Position numbers and translations under genes: made by a program. DNA of 62,233 nucleotides, filler included, from Choristocarpus tenellus KU-1152 (lineage: Eukaryota; Protista; Phaeophyceae), in NCBI GenBank assembly GCA_964200185.2. It is 8 parts of 8 records of this genome, joined end to end, with 100 filler letters (N's around TTAATTAATTAA, not from the genome) between each part and the next. Parts side by side here need not be neighbours in the genome. Positions count along the whole stretch, not along the records: positions 46,259 to 50,537 come from CAXNAD020015316.1; positions 50,638 to 56,154 come from CAXNAD020010547.1; positions 56,255 to 59,419 come from CAXNAD020021834.1; positions 59,520 to 62,233 come from CAXNAD020025374.1; 4 more parts are not named here. One strand, written 5' to 3'. The first letter of the stretch is position 1; the number at the start of each line of letters is the position of its first letter. Below are positions 50,146 through 62,040 of the stretch, one piece after another. The notes beneath the pieces were generated by a model, which was given only the letters and a program-made list of their open reading frames with translations, made no database searches and was not told the origin of the DNA.

Positions 50146-50637
50146 GAGAGACTTCTTGCTTTTGTCGGAGTTAGCTTGTCACTTGTCTGATACCGATCTT
50201 AGGGTTAGAGTTGTCATATTGGAGGGTGGGCCGGGTTGATGATGAGTTGAGAGCCTGGCAGATTTTGTTTTTTTGTGGTTTATTAATTAGGGTTAGGGTT
50301 AGGGTTGATGAAAGAGAGTTTTCAGGAGGTTGGGAAGGCTTAGGTAAACCGCCTTTTTTTCAGTGATGTAACTGAAAACTTGCTCCATGCTTTATTTTGT
50401 TTGTTTGAATAGATGTGCCTCCTCTCAATTTAGTGTTTTGCCTGACAGTTTCTTCTTCTTTTTTCATCCCCTCCCCTCCCCCCCCCCCCCCCCTCCCTCT
50501 CTCCTCTCCACGCGCCGAGCGCGGTTCTGGGGAGGGGNNNNNNNNNNNNNNNNNNNNNNNNNNNNNNNNNNNNNNNNNNNNTTAATTAATTAANNNNNNN
50601 NNNNNNNNNNNNNNNNNNNNNNNNNNNNNNNNNNNNN

Positions 50638-50704
50638 CTGTGGGAAGCCAAGCCCCAAGTGGACAAACAGGGCAAAACTCGTACCCTCTAAGATACTTTC
50701 ACTC
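50638..50704 (-). mobile_element. MITE family A end truncated by contig start
   Basis: GGAAGCCAAGCCCCAAGTGGACAAACAGGGCAAAACTCGTACCCTCTAAGATACTTTCACTC followed by ATT; matches the family terminus. Confidence 0.85.
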
Positions 50705-50709
50705 ATTTG

Positions 50710-53700
50710 TCTCTGCCCCGCAAAGGCCGGATGGAGGAGTAATACCTGGTACATGTGAGTACATCTATGAAAGGCATCTCCAAGTTGGATTGATCATAGG
50801 TTGTATCTATGAGGCATTGGCTGATGGCAATGTCTAGGTTTGAGATGCTTGTTATGGATGTCCAAACATACGTGTGGCAGTTCTCTCTCCCTCACTCAGC
50901 CTCCACGGTGTTGTGGCAAATGCTGCTCTTGAGCCCTTCTTAGGTCAGGATCATCATTTGTTTCTTTGTACTCTGGTGCTGGTTGAGTTTCAATAGTGAG
51001 TGTGAGAGCTTTAGGTGGACTCCTTTCCCCTGAGGATGATTAGTCAAAAATTGATGGTCTCGCCTTGGGAAGGGTTGCGGCATTTACCACAGCCCCACAG
51101 AGGCCGGGAGGGGGATTGAGGCCTGATCGTGGGTTTTATCTATGAGTCATTGGCTGATGGGAATATCCCAGTTGTAGATGCTTGTTATGGATGTCCATAC
51201 ATACGTGTGGCAGTTCTCTCTCCCCCACTTGGCATCCACAGTCTGGTGGCAAACACTGCTACAGAGCGCCTAAATTGGGATTATCAGTTTTTTTGTACTC
51301 TGGTGTTGATTGAGTTTCAGTGGTGAGTGTGAATCCCTTAGGAAGGCTTCCTCTCCTGGACAACAACGGATGAACAAACGATGAGATCATATAAGATATT
51401 GTTTCGGGAAGCGCCACTGGGGCCGGGTGGGTGGAGAGTTGTCACATGTGTATGTGAATATATTCTCACCAATATAGAAGACTCAGATATGCCAGATAAT
51501 TGTATCAACCTGAATTAGAGTTGTGTATCGGTGCTGATAGAAATCGACCTCTTCTGAATGTTTCTGTTTTCATTGCCCATGAGACATGTGTGTAGGCTTG
51601 TTCGATGGTGTTTCCTCACGTTTTGCAGCTACCATACAGATGGACATAGCAGGTAGATTTCTAGTTTCTTGGCAAGGGTATAATGAAGTGATTAGACGAA
51701 TCATAGATATTATACATCGTGTTTTTCAGATGAGTTGTGAGCAAACCTTTATCTGCAAGGGTCATTTTGTACAAGTCTCCAACAGAGGGTGTTGATGGCT
51801 GACTACTTCGTACAGAAGAACTGGTTGGCAGTGTTGATGGCGGAACATTTTGTATGGATGAACTGAAAGTTATGAGGCCGAATGGTATGTCAGCTCCCTG
51901 CTGGGCTTTTCTCAATTTTTGGATGAGGTGCAGGAATGAGTTGATAATGATCTGTCTCCTCCGTGTCCAACTGGAGGTAGGATTATGTCCAAATCGATAG
52001 GGGCAAATCCAAGTCACAACCAATCTTGCCCAACACAATCTTGCCCAACACAGATGATGTTCTCTGGAAGGGCGCAGGGAATGTCTTTAGCGGTGCCTAT
52101 CAAAAGGGAAGGAATGCTGGAGAAATTTTGCTCCCTGACTGAAACAGCTTTGCTAATTCATTGTCATGACCACCAACCATATTTTTATGAGTTTTGTCTC
52201 TCACATACGCATTGTATGTGCAATCTATCTCTTACTCAGCATTGCACATTTTGATATCAGGAAGGAAGAATCAGAATAGTCACCTGGTGTACTGCATGTT
52301 GTCCATGTGAGCAAATATTTTGTGACCCCGCATTTGTTTAGTCTGATCAAATTTGAACATTGCACGACTATCTACCCTGTTCAATCCGTGTTTCCTTGAT
52401 ATTTTGAAAAAATCAATAGTTTTGGGATGATGTCCTGATTGGACCGCTTTCCTGATTGCCTGAAGTGGGAGGATAAATGATAGGGTGTGGTAATGAGATG
52501 AGTGAAAGAGGAAACACTGAGGTTGAGTTTACTGCTCAAGTGGAGCGTGCGGTTAGTAGGATGATTGCATATGGATATTGCTGAGTTAGTTCTCGAGCCT
52601 CTGATTTTTTTGAAAACATTGAGATAGAACATATATTTCAATATGTAGACTTTGATATGATTTGTCCAAAACGAATGGGTGCATGTATGTCCTGTTACAA
52701 CAAGAGGTACAGATCTTGGATTCTAGCGAATTGAGCTGACTTTGGATGGCATTTGGTTCTCTTTTGGCATTATGGGATATGACCTGGCTGATGGTATAGA
52801 AACACTGAAGTTTCATTCTGTTGACACTTGTACCTCAGCTCGGTTCACAGACTTCAGCCCCTTCTTTGTGAAGTGCGGCCATGAGATAGTAAGGGAGCTC
52901 GTCAAAGAGACTATTTGCTGAGGAGAGCACCTCCTGGAGAAGGCAGGAGAGGTCTCCTTCAATTACATGAAACCCACATCATGATAAGGTCCTGCATCAC
53001 CCATTTTAGAAAATCACTGGCCTCCACCAGATGTCAGCATGGCTGAGAAAGATGTACGTCATATTCAAGGTGGCACCAAAGGAGGTTATCGAGATGTATC
53101 AACTCACTGGTGATCTACTTGGAAAATGACTAATTACATTTGTCTACCTCACGAAGGCTATTCCTGTTCTTCAACTCCGACTGACGCTCCTTGTAACACA
53201 AGTTTATTGAGGTCAAGAGTCAGCTATTGAAACCCAGAGTAAGATTTCTTACAAATTGTTTTTTTTGGCTGCTGAAAATGGATTAGTGTCTTCTGGGTTA
53301 CTTCTTCAAGTTGGAAATGAAATCTATTTTTTCATGCGTGTTGTATTAATCACTGGTGGGGAGCTTGTTGAAATGGGTCTAATTCTATGCTCTTACTCAT
53401 GTAGGTATTTCAAGGTCATCCAGAAATTTCCACTGTGTTGTTGCCCTACTGTACCTTGCCCACTTTATTCTGGTGACTGCTTCGTGATAATACATGTGAA
53501 GGAGCTTCTTCTGTATGTCAAGTGGTTGACCAAAAAACGTGTTTCCATTTTATTTTTAATGATACTATATCCATCAACACAATTTTCATCTTTTCGAAAT
53601 GCATGTTCTGGGATAAATAAACCTGTTTCAGTTCTTCAAAGAGTTTTCATCCACTAAATATATTCTTTCTCAATATTAAACATATCACAGAGTTTAGAAA

Positions 53701-54800
53701 TATCCGACAAGAGTTGGTCATTGATGAGGCGTTGTGGTGATGTTTTGTCCATTATTTCCAAGGTGAGCTCCAAGCAGGTGAGATTTTTTTTCACTTCTTC
53801 GAAGTTTATCAAGAATGTACCATTACTCATATATTTAATCATAATTTGTCAGCAAGGGCTGAACCTATTATACTGGCAAATCACCGCAAATCACAACTCT
53901 AGAACAGATCGAATGACCACATACGAATGCTCAGAATGGTGCAACCTGAGACCCAGCTTGACCCTGTCAAAAATCTTATTGACCAGACAAGCACATGGCA
54001 TGGTCCTGTTGGTGTCTTAGTGAACCTTGACCTGGGCATGGTAACATATTTTGTCAGACTGACCTACAGAATGATCCTTTCAGAATCTTTCTGGGCCTAC
54101 CCATATCTATCCCTCTCACATATACTGTATTAGGTGTAAAGCCTTACAAGTGACCAAGGTTGTTAAGAAATTGATGTTCCCAAGACTTGTATGTAAATTA
54201 CTTGAGTGATCATCAAAGCCAAGAAGGGGGGGGGGTCCTTGCCACCGAGTCAATCCTATTCTGTGAATGATCAATCAAACTAATCACAGATTACTTCCCA
54301 CAATGCTTCCTATCCCTGAATTCTTCCGTATTGTAGTTCTTGAAACCCAACCTTATCTTCTATTCTTCAGAACACAAACATTGTCTCTTCATCTTTAGAT
54401 TGTTTCTTCTACAGAATCTTCTTTTACACATGAGTAAAATGCATATTCTTGACAAAGGTCGCAAACTTCATGCCAACATTTTTTTGGGGATGAAACTGAT
54501 GTCTTATTTCACCGATTCACTACAAGGCAAATGTGTGCATGAACTCCATACTTTTGTCTTACGTTGCACTCAACAACATTTTTTTTTTTCGTATCCCTTT
54601 CTTTTTTTGCTCCTTCAATGCCAGACATTTTTGCATGGGAGGACGGAAGCCCTGAGAACAGTGACGGCAGAAGTCAAGCACTTTGTGGAAGTCTTCTGTG
54701 ATCCCTCCACTACAGTGGTGAGTTGGGAAATGGAGGCGATGAATCGGGTCTCGAAATCTCCGTGCCTGATGTAGACACTAGTCACTCTCACCTTGACCTT
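50710..54800 (-). pseudogene. Degenerate large ORF, probable Chapaev/CMC-like transposase with Chapa-type and RING-like zinc fingers
   Basis: Minus-strand fragments in order: FHKVLDFCRHCSQGF (54690-54646); FHPQK, frameshift, CWHEVCDLC (54495-54452); CGHSICSR (53921-53898); LFDELPYYLMAAL...NRMKLQCFYTISQVISHNAKREPNAIQSQL...FVLDKSYQSL (about 52910-52648); IFAHMDNMQY (about 52318-52289). Many stops and frameshifts. The assignment is by motif order only. Confidence 0.5.
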
Positions 54801-55359
54801 AGTGACTACCATAATGTGAACATGCTCTTTTCACTGCCCTCACAACATTTTTGTTTTCTTGACTGCCTTCCAGTCCTGCTGCACTTTCCTTACGACTGTT
54901 TATCTTCTTACGCTTATATGCCTTTGATCAGACAGAGAAGACAAACTGCCTTAGGGCTGCCATGCTGTCTCACACTCGACTTGTCAAGCTGGCTGCTAAG
55001 GTGTGCACTTAAATTCTCTTTTGTGCTCATCAAGATTCATAGGTGGCTTTTTATTTGTGGACTGCTTGAGTGTCGTTTGTTCAATGACAATGTATATTGA
55101 GAACAAGGACAGTATGGGACTTCTCTTGAGGCAAGCTGGGGTATTGTGGACTTTGCAGTAATATGTTTGTGTTAGGTATGTACTTCATGTATACCTATGG
55201 GGCAGGAAATTTGAAAAAAAGGTAGCCCATTCAAAGAGGAAGTGGTTGAATCCTTACATAACGCAAAGGTCTTGTTTCTGATATATAATGAAAAGGAAGT
55301 TTTGACGAAGTGTTAATTAACCGCCCCTTTTCACCTGATGCCCCAGTGGGTTGGCTCCT

Positions 55360-55850
55360 AAGCTGCTGTGAAAGCCATCTTGCAGAGTCCCACACTGGTT
55401 AAAGATGCTATGCGGGATCACGCTATGAGCTACCAGTCTCTCTTTCACCAGCCTAGTGGCAAACACAGTATTGGCATCAAGGTTGGTCCACAAGTCGTCC
55501 TGGAGCGCAAGGAGGAGGAACATATGGCAGATTGTCTCCTCTATACGGTGAAAAATGATACGGCCTTGACCTAGGCTGACCCTTCACACCATCTGGGTCA
55601 AATCGCTGGAGATGTGTGCCCTGTGCCAGGGGATGTCCAAAAAGGGGTCGGGGGGTATCTTTTGTTAGAGGTTCGTGGAAAGGCTCACCAAATTTGTTTA
55701 TGTGATGAAGTTTCGTACCTATGAGAGAGCCAGAAGCAGCCAGTGATGTGGACCTTCTGAAACCGTTCTATGGTGTGGCGAAGGTTACATTCGATTCTTG
55801 TAACCCCGAGCAGGATCATATCTGGAAAATGGATCAGACAGATGTGATGA
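55360..55850 (+). pseudogene. pogo/Fot1-like (Tc1-mariner superfamily) transposase remnant
   Basis: AAVKAILQSPTLVKDAMRDHAMSYQSLFHQPSGKHSIGIKVGPQVVLERKEEEHMADCLLYTVKNDTALT fits HTH_psq followed by CENP-B HTH (GP..VL...EE..L........LT). Downstream LLKPFYG...DHIWKMDQT corresponds to the I(W/Y)NMDETG start of the DDE domain. Interrupted by stops and frameshifts. Confidence 0.75.
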
Positions 55851-57371
55851 AAGATCGATGTGAAGATTCAAGTTACCTTGGTCTTTCCATGCAAGATGGC
55901 ATCAGACCCAACTGCAAACTCTGACCTTGATGAAAACTGTTTCACCGGACTTGAGGAACCTCTCCCAATGGAACCAACGGGAAGAGTCCTACAGCCGTTC
56001 AGGGTGCAACGGCCGTCCCCACCATACACACCAACTCCAGAGGTGCTAATGACACCTCCATGAGCCCCCTTGTCATGTTCAAGGGTGAGGGGGTCAGCAT
56101 TTATGAGTGGAGGGTGGTGCTGAGGGGCATTGTCTACAGCTTCACCAGTTGTTTNNNNNNNNNNNNNNNNNNNNNNNNNNNNNNNNNNNNNNNNNNNNTT
56201 AATTAATTAANNNNNNNNNNNNNNNNNNNNNNNNNNNNNNNNNNNNNNNNNNNNAACTACTGGACAAAATATTGATGATGCCTAGTTCGTCCAGTAGTTA
56301 GTTCAAGCAAGTTGTTAATGTGTCTGTTGAACTCCTCATAACATGCTTACCAGAGTCGGCGCCCAGTTTGTTTCAGGTTACGTGCACAGTTTCGCGCGGT
56401 GGCGGGGGGAGGAGGGATACAACGAATGAGCAGGAAATTGATAAACTAGTGTTTTTCTTATTTCATGTGAAGAATTTTTTTTTTTAACCATATTTTTGCT
56501 CTGGGCTGTTGTCGCCTTATTCTCCCTCTTCTCCCTGTTGTTCTCTTGCGATATGTGACAAGTCAAACAAGTTTCCCGAAAAAATAGATAAATACACATC
56601 GGCATATCTGACAGGGGGTGGGTGGGAGGAGGGGGGACAGATCGCAACAAACGATAATTCGGGCATGACTGAGATATTCGTAGAAAGAGGTCGATCATCA
56701 CATAATGTCAACACTTATAAGCGCTCAGCGTTAGCTTCTTCTACTTGGGACGATAGCAATAATTGATAAACAATTTAATAATATTGTAAAAATAACACTT
56801 CTTCTCACTCGGTCGACCATGCATAATGACGATGAAACGCCACCCCGAAAGAAACTACATCGAAGTGCTATTTTTTTTAGCATGTCGAAAAAAGCGGTAC
56901 AAAATTAAATATTTTCAGATTAGGCACAAAATCGGGGTAGGTACTGTATTTATCATCAATTAATTATGTCCTACTACCACCTTCGGCATGGGTTCCCATT
57001 CAAAAAGGGGTCCTAAAAAAGTTTAATGACATTTACAAAAAAAAACATATGGGCACTTTCCGCGCACCATTTCGGTCAAACCCATCCTCCATGAAATGAT
57101 CAATATGCCATTATCATGGTCCGCTGTTACCAGGAAAACAGTCTTTCAAGTTGTATGTTTTTGATACTGCACTTTTATATGACTCAAGGTACTAGTAATG
57201 ACTACAAACATCTAAACTCTAGCAATATCAACCTACATATTGCAGCAAACCTAATACCTCAATTTCCAGCTACAAAATAGTAGATAATGATGGAAATCCT
57301 GACTTACCTTTAATCATGATACTCTCTTATCATTGTAGGAAGCAAATGTTCATGAGGATGCACACCTAGCA

Positions 57372-57648
57372 GACCCAAAGTATCTTAGAGGGGGGCATCT
57401 TAGACAAGGCCATCCGTTCAGGGCTTGATGGGGTGTTGGAAAACATCCCAGTCTTATGCCCGTCTTTTCTTTTGCTGATGATATTTTTCGGATTTGACTC
57501 AGGCAGGGGCATAGAAAAAGAAAGGTGCGTCCAGACCAAGGAAATAGCCCTTACATCTGACCCACTGATTCGTAAGTCTTGAAAATCGCCACAGGGTCAC
57601 AAAGGCTCCCTATGAACTCCTAAACTCCCCTCTAGGATACCATGGGCC
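57372..57648. mobile_element. Second MITE with related TIRs and a different interior
   Basis: Left GACCCAAAGTATCTTAGAGGGG, right CCCCTCTAGGATACCATGGGCC, 277 bp. Interior does not resemble family A and the TSD is not clean. Confidence 0.6.
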
Positions 57649-59519
57649 AGCACTACAATTAATCATAGCGCAGATTGCAGTGTGAAAGTATCGCTTATTA
57701 TTCTGTTTATGTAGGAAGGCGCTACATCTCGGTCAGTTCAAGAACTATAGAATATATAATAATGGTACAAAAGAGTATATATTGAAGTTTTTCGATACAA
57801 TATACGATATATATATTACTAACACCGCAAGGAAGTTGAAGGACCTAGGGCCACACAATTAGATGAAGTGACTGAAGATCGTACTCGCGGTTGGAGAGAG
57901 AGTATATGCAATAAGAACACAATCTTCTACCAAGCTGTGCCTGTTCCCGATAATCTCAGTTGTGTGCTGGTCTTTCACACACAACAGAATACAGGAGGGG
58001 GAATCTGGTGTGCGGGGTACACAATGGGCTAAAGTAAACGAGAGGTACCCAGGTTTTGGCGTGCCATTTAAGTCACATTTTTTCCATATTTTGCAACTAA
58101 CCCTTATTTCTATAGATGAAGTACTAAGGTTGACTTCAGAGCATCGATCCTCTGTGTGAAATTTTCCGACAGAAATAAATGAACAAAAGTCCTACACAGA
58201 TTTCTACAAAAAATCAAATTTTGCAAATTGGTCATCAGCATCCTATAATGCCACTCGGGGGGGCACTTCTCGTTTAATTTTGGCTCTGATAGAGAAGTAT
58301 TATATGGGGAGGGCACATGATTCTTTCTCACCCGTCCACTCCTAGGACCTCCCAGTACTAGGCTTGTTGAACAACCCCACCACAGCAGTACCATTCCCCG
58401 CAATGACTGTTAACAAGTCTTGACCCTTGTATATTCCCTTCAAATGAACCAGCTGCTCAAGGCATGTGTGATTCGCAGGCCTGAGCAAGGTTGTAGAGCT
58501 CTAGGCTGCTACTCCTGGACGTGTGAATATGCTGGTGTTGCTGGCATGACTGGCCAAGTTGTAGAACAGATTATACAATTGGGTATGTGTGTGAAAGGGA
58601 TGAGTGTATCTAACTCGGCAAAAGAACACAGAGAGATGGTAGATGGCACCTGGTGCATAGACACAATGTCTGGGTTGCTGACATTGACTATCTTTAGTGC
58701 ACAAAATCCAGGCGAACAATCGCCTAATGTGGTCTATGGCCTGGGCTAAGTAAAAAGATGATATTAAGAAAAGACCCCAATTACAACAGGATTTGCTTTT
58801 GGGCCCAGAGTCGCTCATTGAACCCAGAGTGACATTCCTACGAATTGGCATTTGAGTTTTTGCAAAGACGTAACTGAAACGAAACGTTTCTAATGCGTAC
58901 GGTAGTTTTATCACTGGGTTAGGGAGCTTGCTTAAATGAGCCCTAATATCGCACCGTGTTGTGAGTGCGCTCGCACTCTGTTGGCACTTCAAGGCCCATA
59001 AAGAACACTATTTTATTGTCCAATTGTGCTTACCCCGCTCTGTTGTGGTGGTGACTTGTGCGTTAGAACATATGTGATGAACATTCTTGTAGATGCCAAA
59101 CGGTCAACAAAACGCTCTGTTCCTATTCCGAACAAAAACCGATAGTATAAAAATCAACCCAATTATTATCTTTCCAAAAAGATCACCTTCAGGGACACAA
59201 AGACTTGTTCCAGTTCTTAAAAACCTCTTTGTCTACTAAATTCATTCTTTTCTCTATATTCGTATGTCAAAGAGGTTAGAAATTGTTCCAAAAATGCTTG
59301 GTGACTAATGAGGCGTTGTGTTGTTTTTGGCCATTATGTCCAAGGCGAACTCCAAAGAACAGGGGATTCGCAAAATTGAGGATGGAGCGGGACTATGAGG
59401 ATGGTTGTTTTGCGAAAACNNNNNNNNNNNNNNNNNNNNNNNNNNNNNNNNNNNNNNNNNNNNTTAATTAATTAANNNNNNNNNNNNNNNNNNNNNNNNN
59501 NNNNNNNNNNNNNNNNNNN

Positions 59520-59592
59520 AAAACTCCATGGGAAGCCAAGCCCCAAATGGACAAACAGGGAAAAACTCATACCCTCTAAGATACTTTCACTC
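59520..59592 (-). mobile_element. MITE family A end truncated by contig start
   Basis: GGAAGCCAAGCCCCAAATGGACAAACAGGG...ACCCTCTAAGATACTTTCACTC followed by AAA. Confidence 0.85.
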
Positions 59593-59800
59593 AAACTTGC
59601 CAGCTGAACATGGACATGTTTCAGATGTAGGATCTGAGGATCGGGAGAGAGCTAGATCTATATTTATCTCCCTCAACAAGCTACAGAGTTACAGACTAGA
59701 TTTAGTTGCCTCCAAGTTTCCTACTCAGTAGACAGCATTATCAAGGTTCCTTATTCCTGCCACCTCCCACTTCAATCTCCTTGCCTGTGTCATATTTTAG

Positions 59801-62040
59801 GTCAGCCAGCTTCAGGGAATGCTGGAAGAAAAGCAGAGACAATTGCAGGAAGTTCTAAGTGGCAGTGGAGGGGGTGAAAGCAATGGATCTAATCGTGAGG
59901 AGACTAAACTGGAACAGCAGCGGCAGGAGTATAGTCGAAGGGGAATAAGGCATGCACTATATTTGAACTGAGGATTTTGAGTGCTTTGAAGCTGAGAGGG
60001 AGCAAGGGGAGGGTTGTATGTTGAGGAAAACTTTGGGGTACTACATAGAAAAATATGTAGATTGCCCAGGTCGATTTAACTGCAGATATTTTTTTATAAG
60101 GTCTCACAGAGTAAGCATTGGCAGTTTAGAACAGGTGAATGCAGATCGTTGGAGTGGAGGTTTATCCTGACATAAAGGTAACTTTTTCTTCTTCCGCCCT
60201 GACTGATACACTGTAGATACACCTATGATGAGACATTGTAGATACACCTATGATGAGACATTGTAGATACACCTATGATGAGACATTGTAGATACACCTA
60301 TGATGAGGCATTGTAGATAGACCAATGATTCTTGTGTCAGCTTTTCCAAGTGTAGACAAAGCAAAGTAACAGTGAATAGATCGTGGCTCTCACAACTGGA
60401 TATCTTGTGTAATATCCTTTTGATATTGATACCATTTACTTCCCATCCGACCCCCTCTCCACGTTTTCCCTTTCTGAACAATATCAGCTTGTCATACTAT
60501 GAAGCAGACACAGATCTACCCCACCTGACCAATGTGGATGAAGATCCTTTCCGACACAACCGTTTTGTGTACCTCCTCAAGAAACCAGCCACGGTCTTTG
60601 GGCCACACGGAGATGTGCGGCCCCTTTCACTCAGGTGAAACTGGAAGGGACCTCACTCAACATTTCATCCATTTTGAGTCTAATACTGTGATAATAATCC
60701 TCTTTTCCTTTTTTTTTCTCATCAACACATTGCACTTTTCCTTTTTTTTTGTTTGCTTAGGATGATGGCTTGTATTTATATGTGTGTGTGTATGAACCTT
60801 TGTTCATACAAGAAGCAAGTACCTTCAAAACTGTATTTCTTGGTGAATAGAGATGCGTAGTTCACTCGTTTTACTTTCAGCATATCTATGACCAGCCCTT
60901 GTTCTTCAGCAAGTCCCTTACAAAACTCCTCCCAGATCTATATGCTCTCCTCTCTCAACACTTCTGCTGACGCCCTCTTTTGGTCTCCACTACACTTCCT
61001 CCATCTCAGAACCACCTACAGTGTACCGCTGCACTGTTGAGAGAGGGGCTACTGGACCTATGAATAGGTTTTTTGAACCTTGCTCATCCCAAGACTGCAT
61101 TCAACTACCTATCTTACCCTTATCCCTCCTTCTTTGCTCCGTTGATACCAACCCTGCCTGTGCCACCTGTCAGTGTTGTACGTAAGCACTGCCTAATCAA
61201 GGTCGCACCTGCTACTGAAACCTCTGTAGGAAGTGCCACAATGGTGGCTGGAAAGGGTGAAGTTTTTCACAACGGCAGACGCCTAAATAAACAGGAGAAG
61301 GTGAGCCCAGTATCAATGATAGGGTACCAATTTAGTACTTGTGAAGCACAGTGCCAATTTCCTGTCACCCTTTCAAGTAGAAAGGTACAACAGCCTTTCG
61401 CACAATGAGGGGCACCAATCTTCCAATTTCTTGCAACTCATGACAAGGGAGATAGCACAATGGTGACGTGCTACAAGCACTATTGCACTGCAAGAAGAGA
61501 TACTGATTTAGCCCTCCAAACGACTGTTTTGGACTCATGGTTGCTGCCCGGGTTTGAAACATGTGTTTATGTTTCAAAGTGACTGGGATGTTGCGTAGAA
61601 CTGGCAATCACAAGGAAGCCTAGCCTTGATAGGAAAAAAAAATGCTTAAAGGAGAAAAACGCTCATTGATTAGATTTGTTCGGCACTCCTGGGGAATATA
61701 CTGTTCTTTAAGGGACGATTGCGACCTTCTACAGTAAGACAACCTCCTTGCAGTCGTCTAGTGGCACTCCAGTAAAGGATCTCATACACCATGGGGAGTA
61801 CCTGATCCTCACAATTCCAGCCCCAGCGCCCTACATAGGTGAAGGACTGAAACCGTAAAAAAAAATCCACAACAGGTTACTCTCTCACCCTTTGATCGTG
61901 TGGCCATTGGGAGCGAGTTGCTCCTTTTTCGGTGGAGGTTACAGGAAGTTGAGGGAAAAAGAGCAAGGGGGGAAGAGGGAAAACAGGAAGACCCCCCCAC
62001 CGCCGAGGAAGCTGTCCATGAGTTTAAGAAGGCATTGAAG
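59801..62040 (+). CDS. Partial kinesin-3-type protein, coiled coil plus FHA domain
   Basis: Phase-consistent exons 59801-59949 (GC donor), 60488-60634, 61174-61300, 61876-62040 (GC donor) give ...LEQQRQEYSRRGISLSYYEADTDLPHLTNVDEDPFRHNRFVYLLKKPATVFGPHGDVRPLSLSVVRKHCLI...VFHNGRRL...VTLSPFDRVAIGSELLLF. This matches the kinesin-3 PHL.N..EDP pre-FHA motif and the FHA HC, NG and DR...G motifs. The motor domain is not in the contig. Confidence 0.8.
60212..60319. repeat. Tandem repeat, 25-bp unit, about 4 copies, intronic
   Basis: TGTAGATACACCTATGATGAGACAT. Confidence 0.93.

Noticed and set aside
58420-58992. Overlapping 109-aa and 163-aa ORFs
   Set aside because: No recognisable motifs or convincing splice structure.
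50638-59419. Physical linkage of the Chapa/RING fossil with the CACAATG end as one RAG-like transposon
   Set aside because: They lie on different contigs separated by an artificial linker, and I identified no RAG1 catalytic core or RAG2-like ORF.
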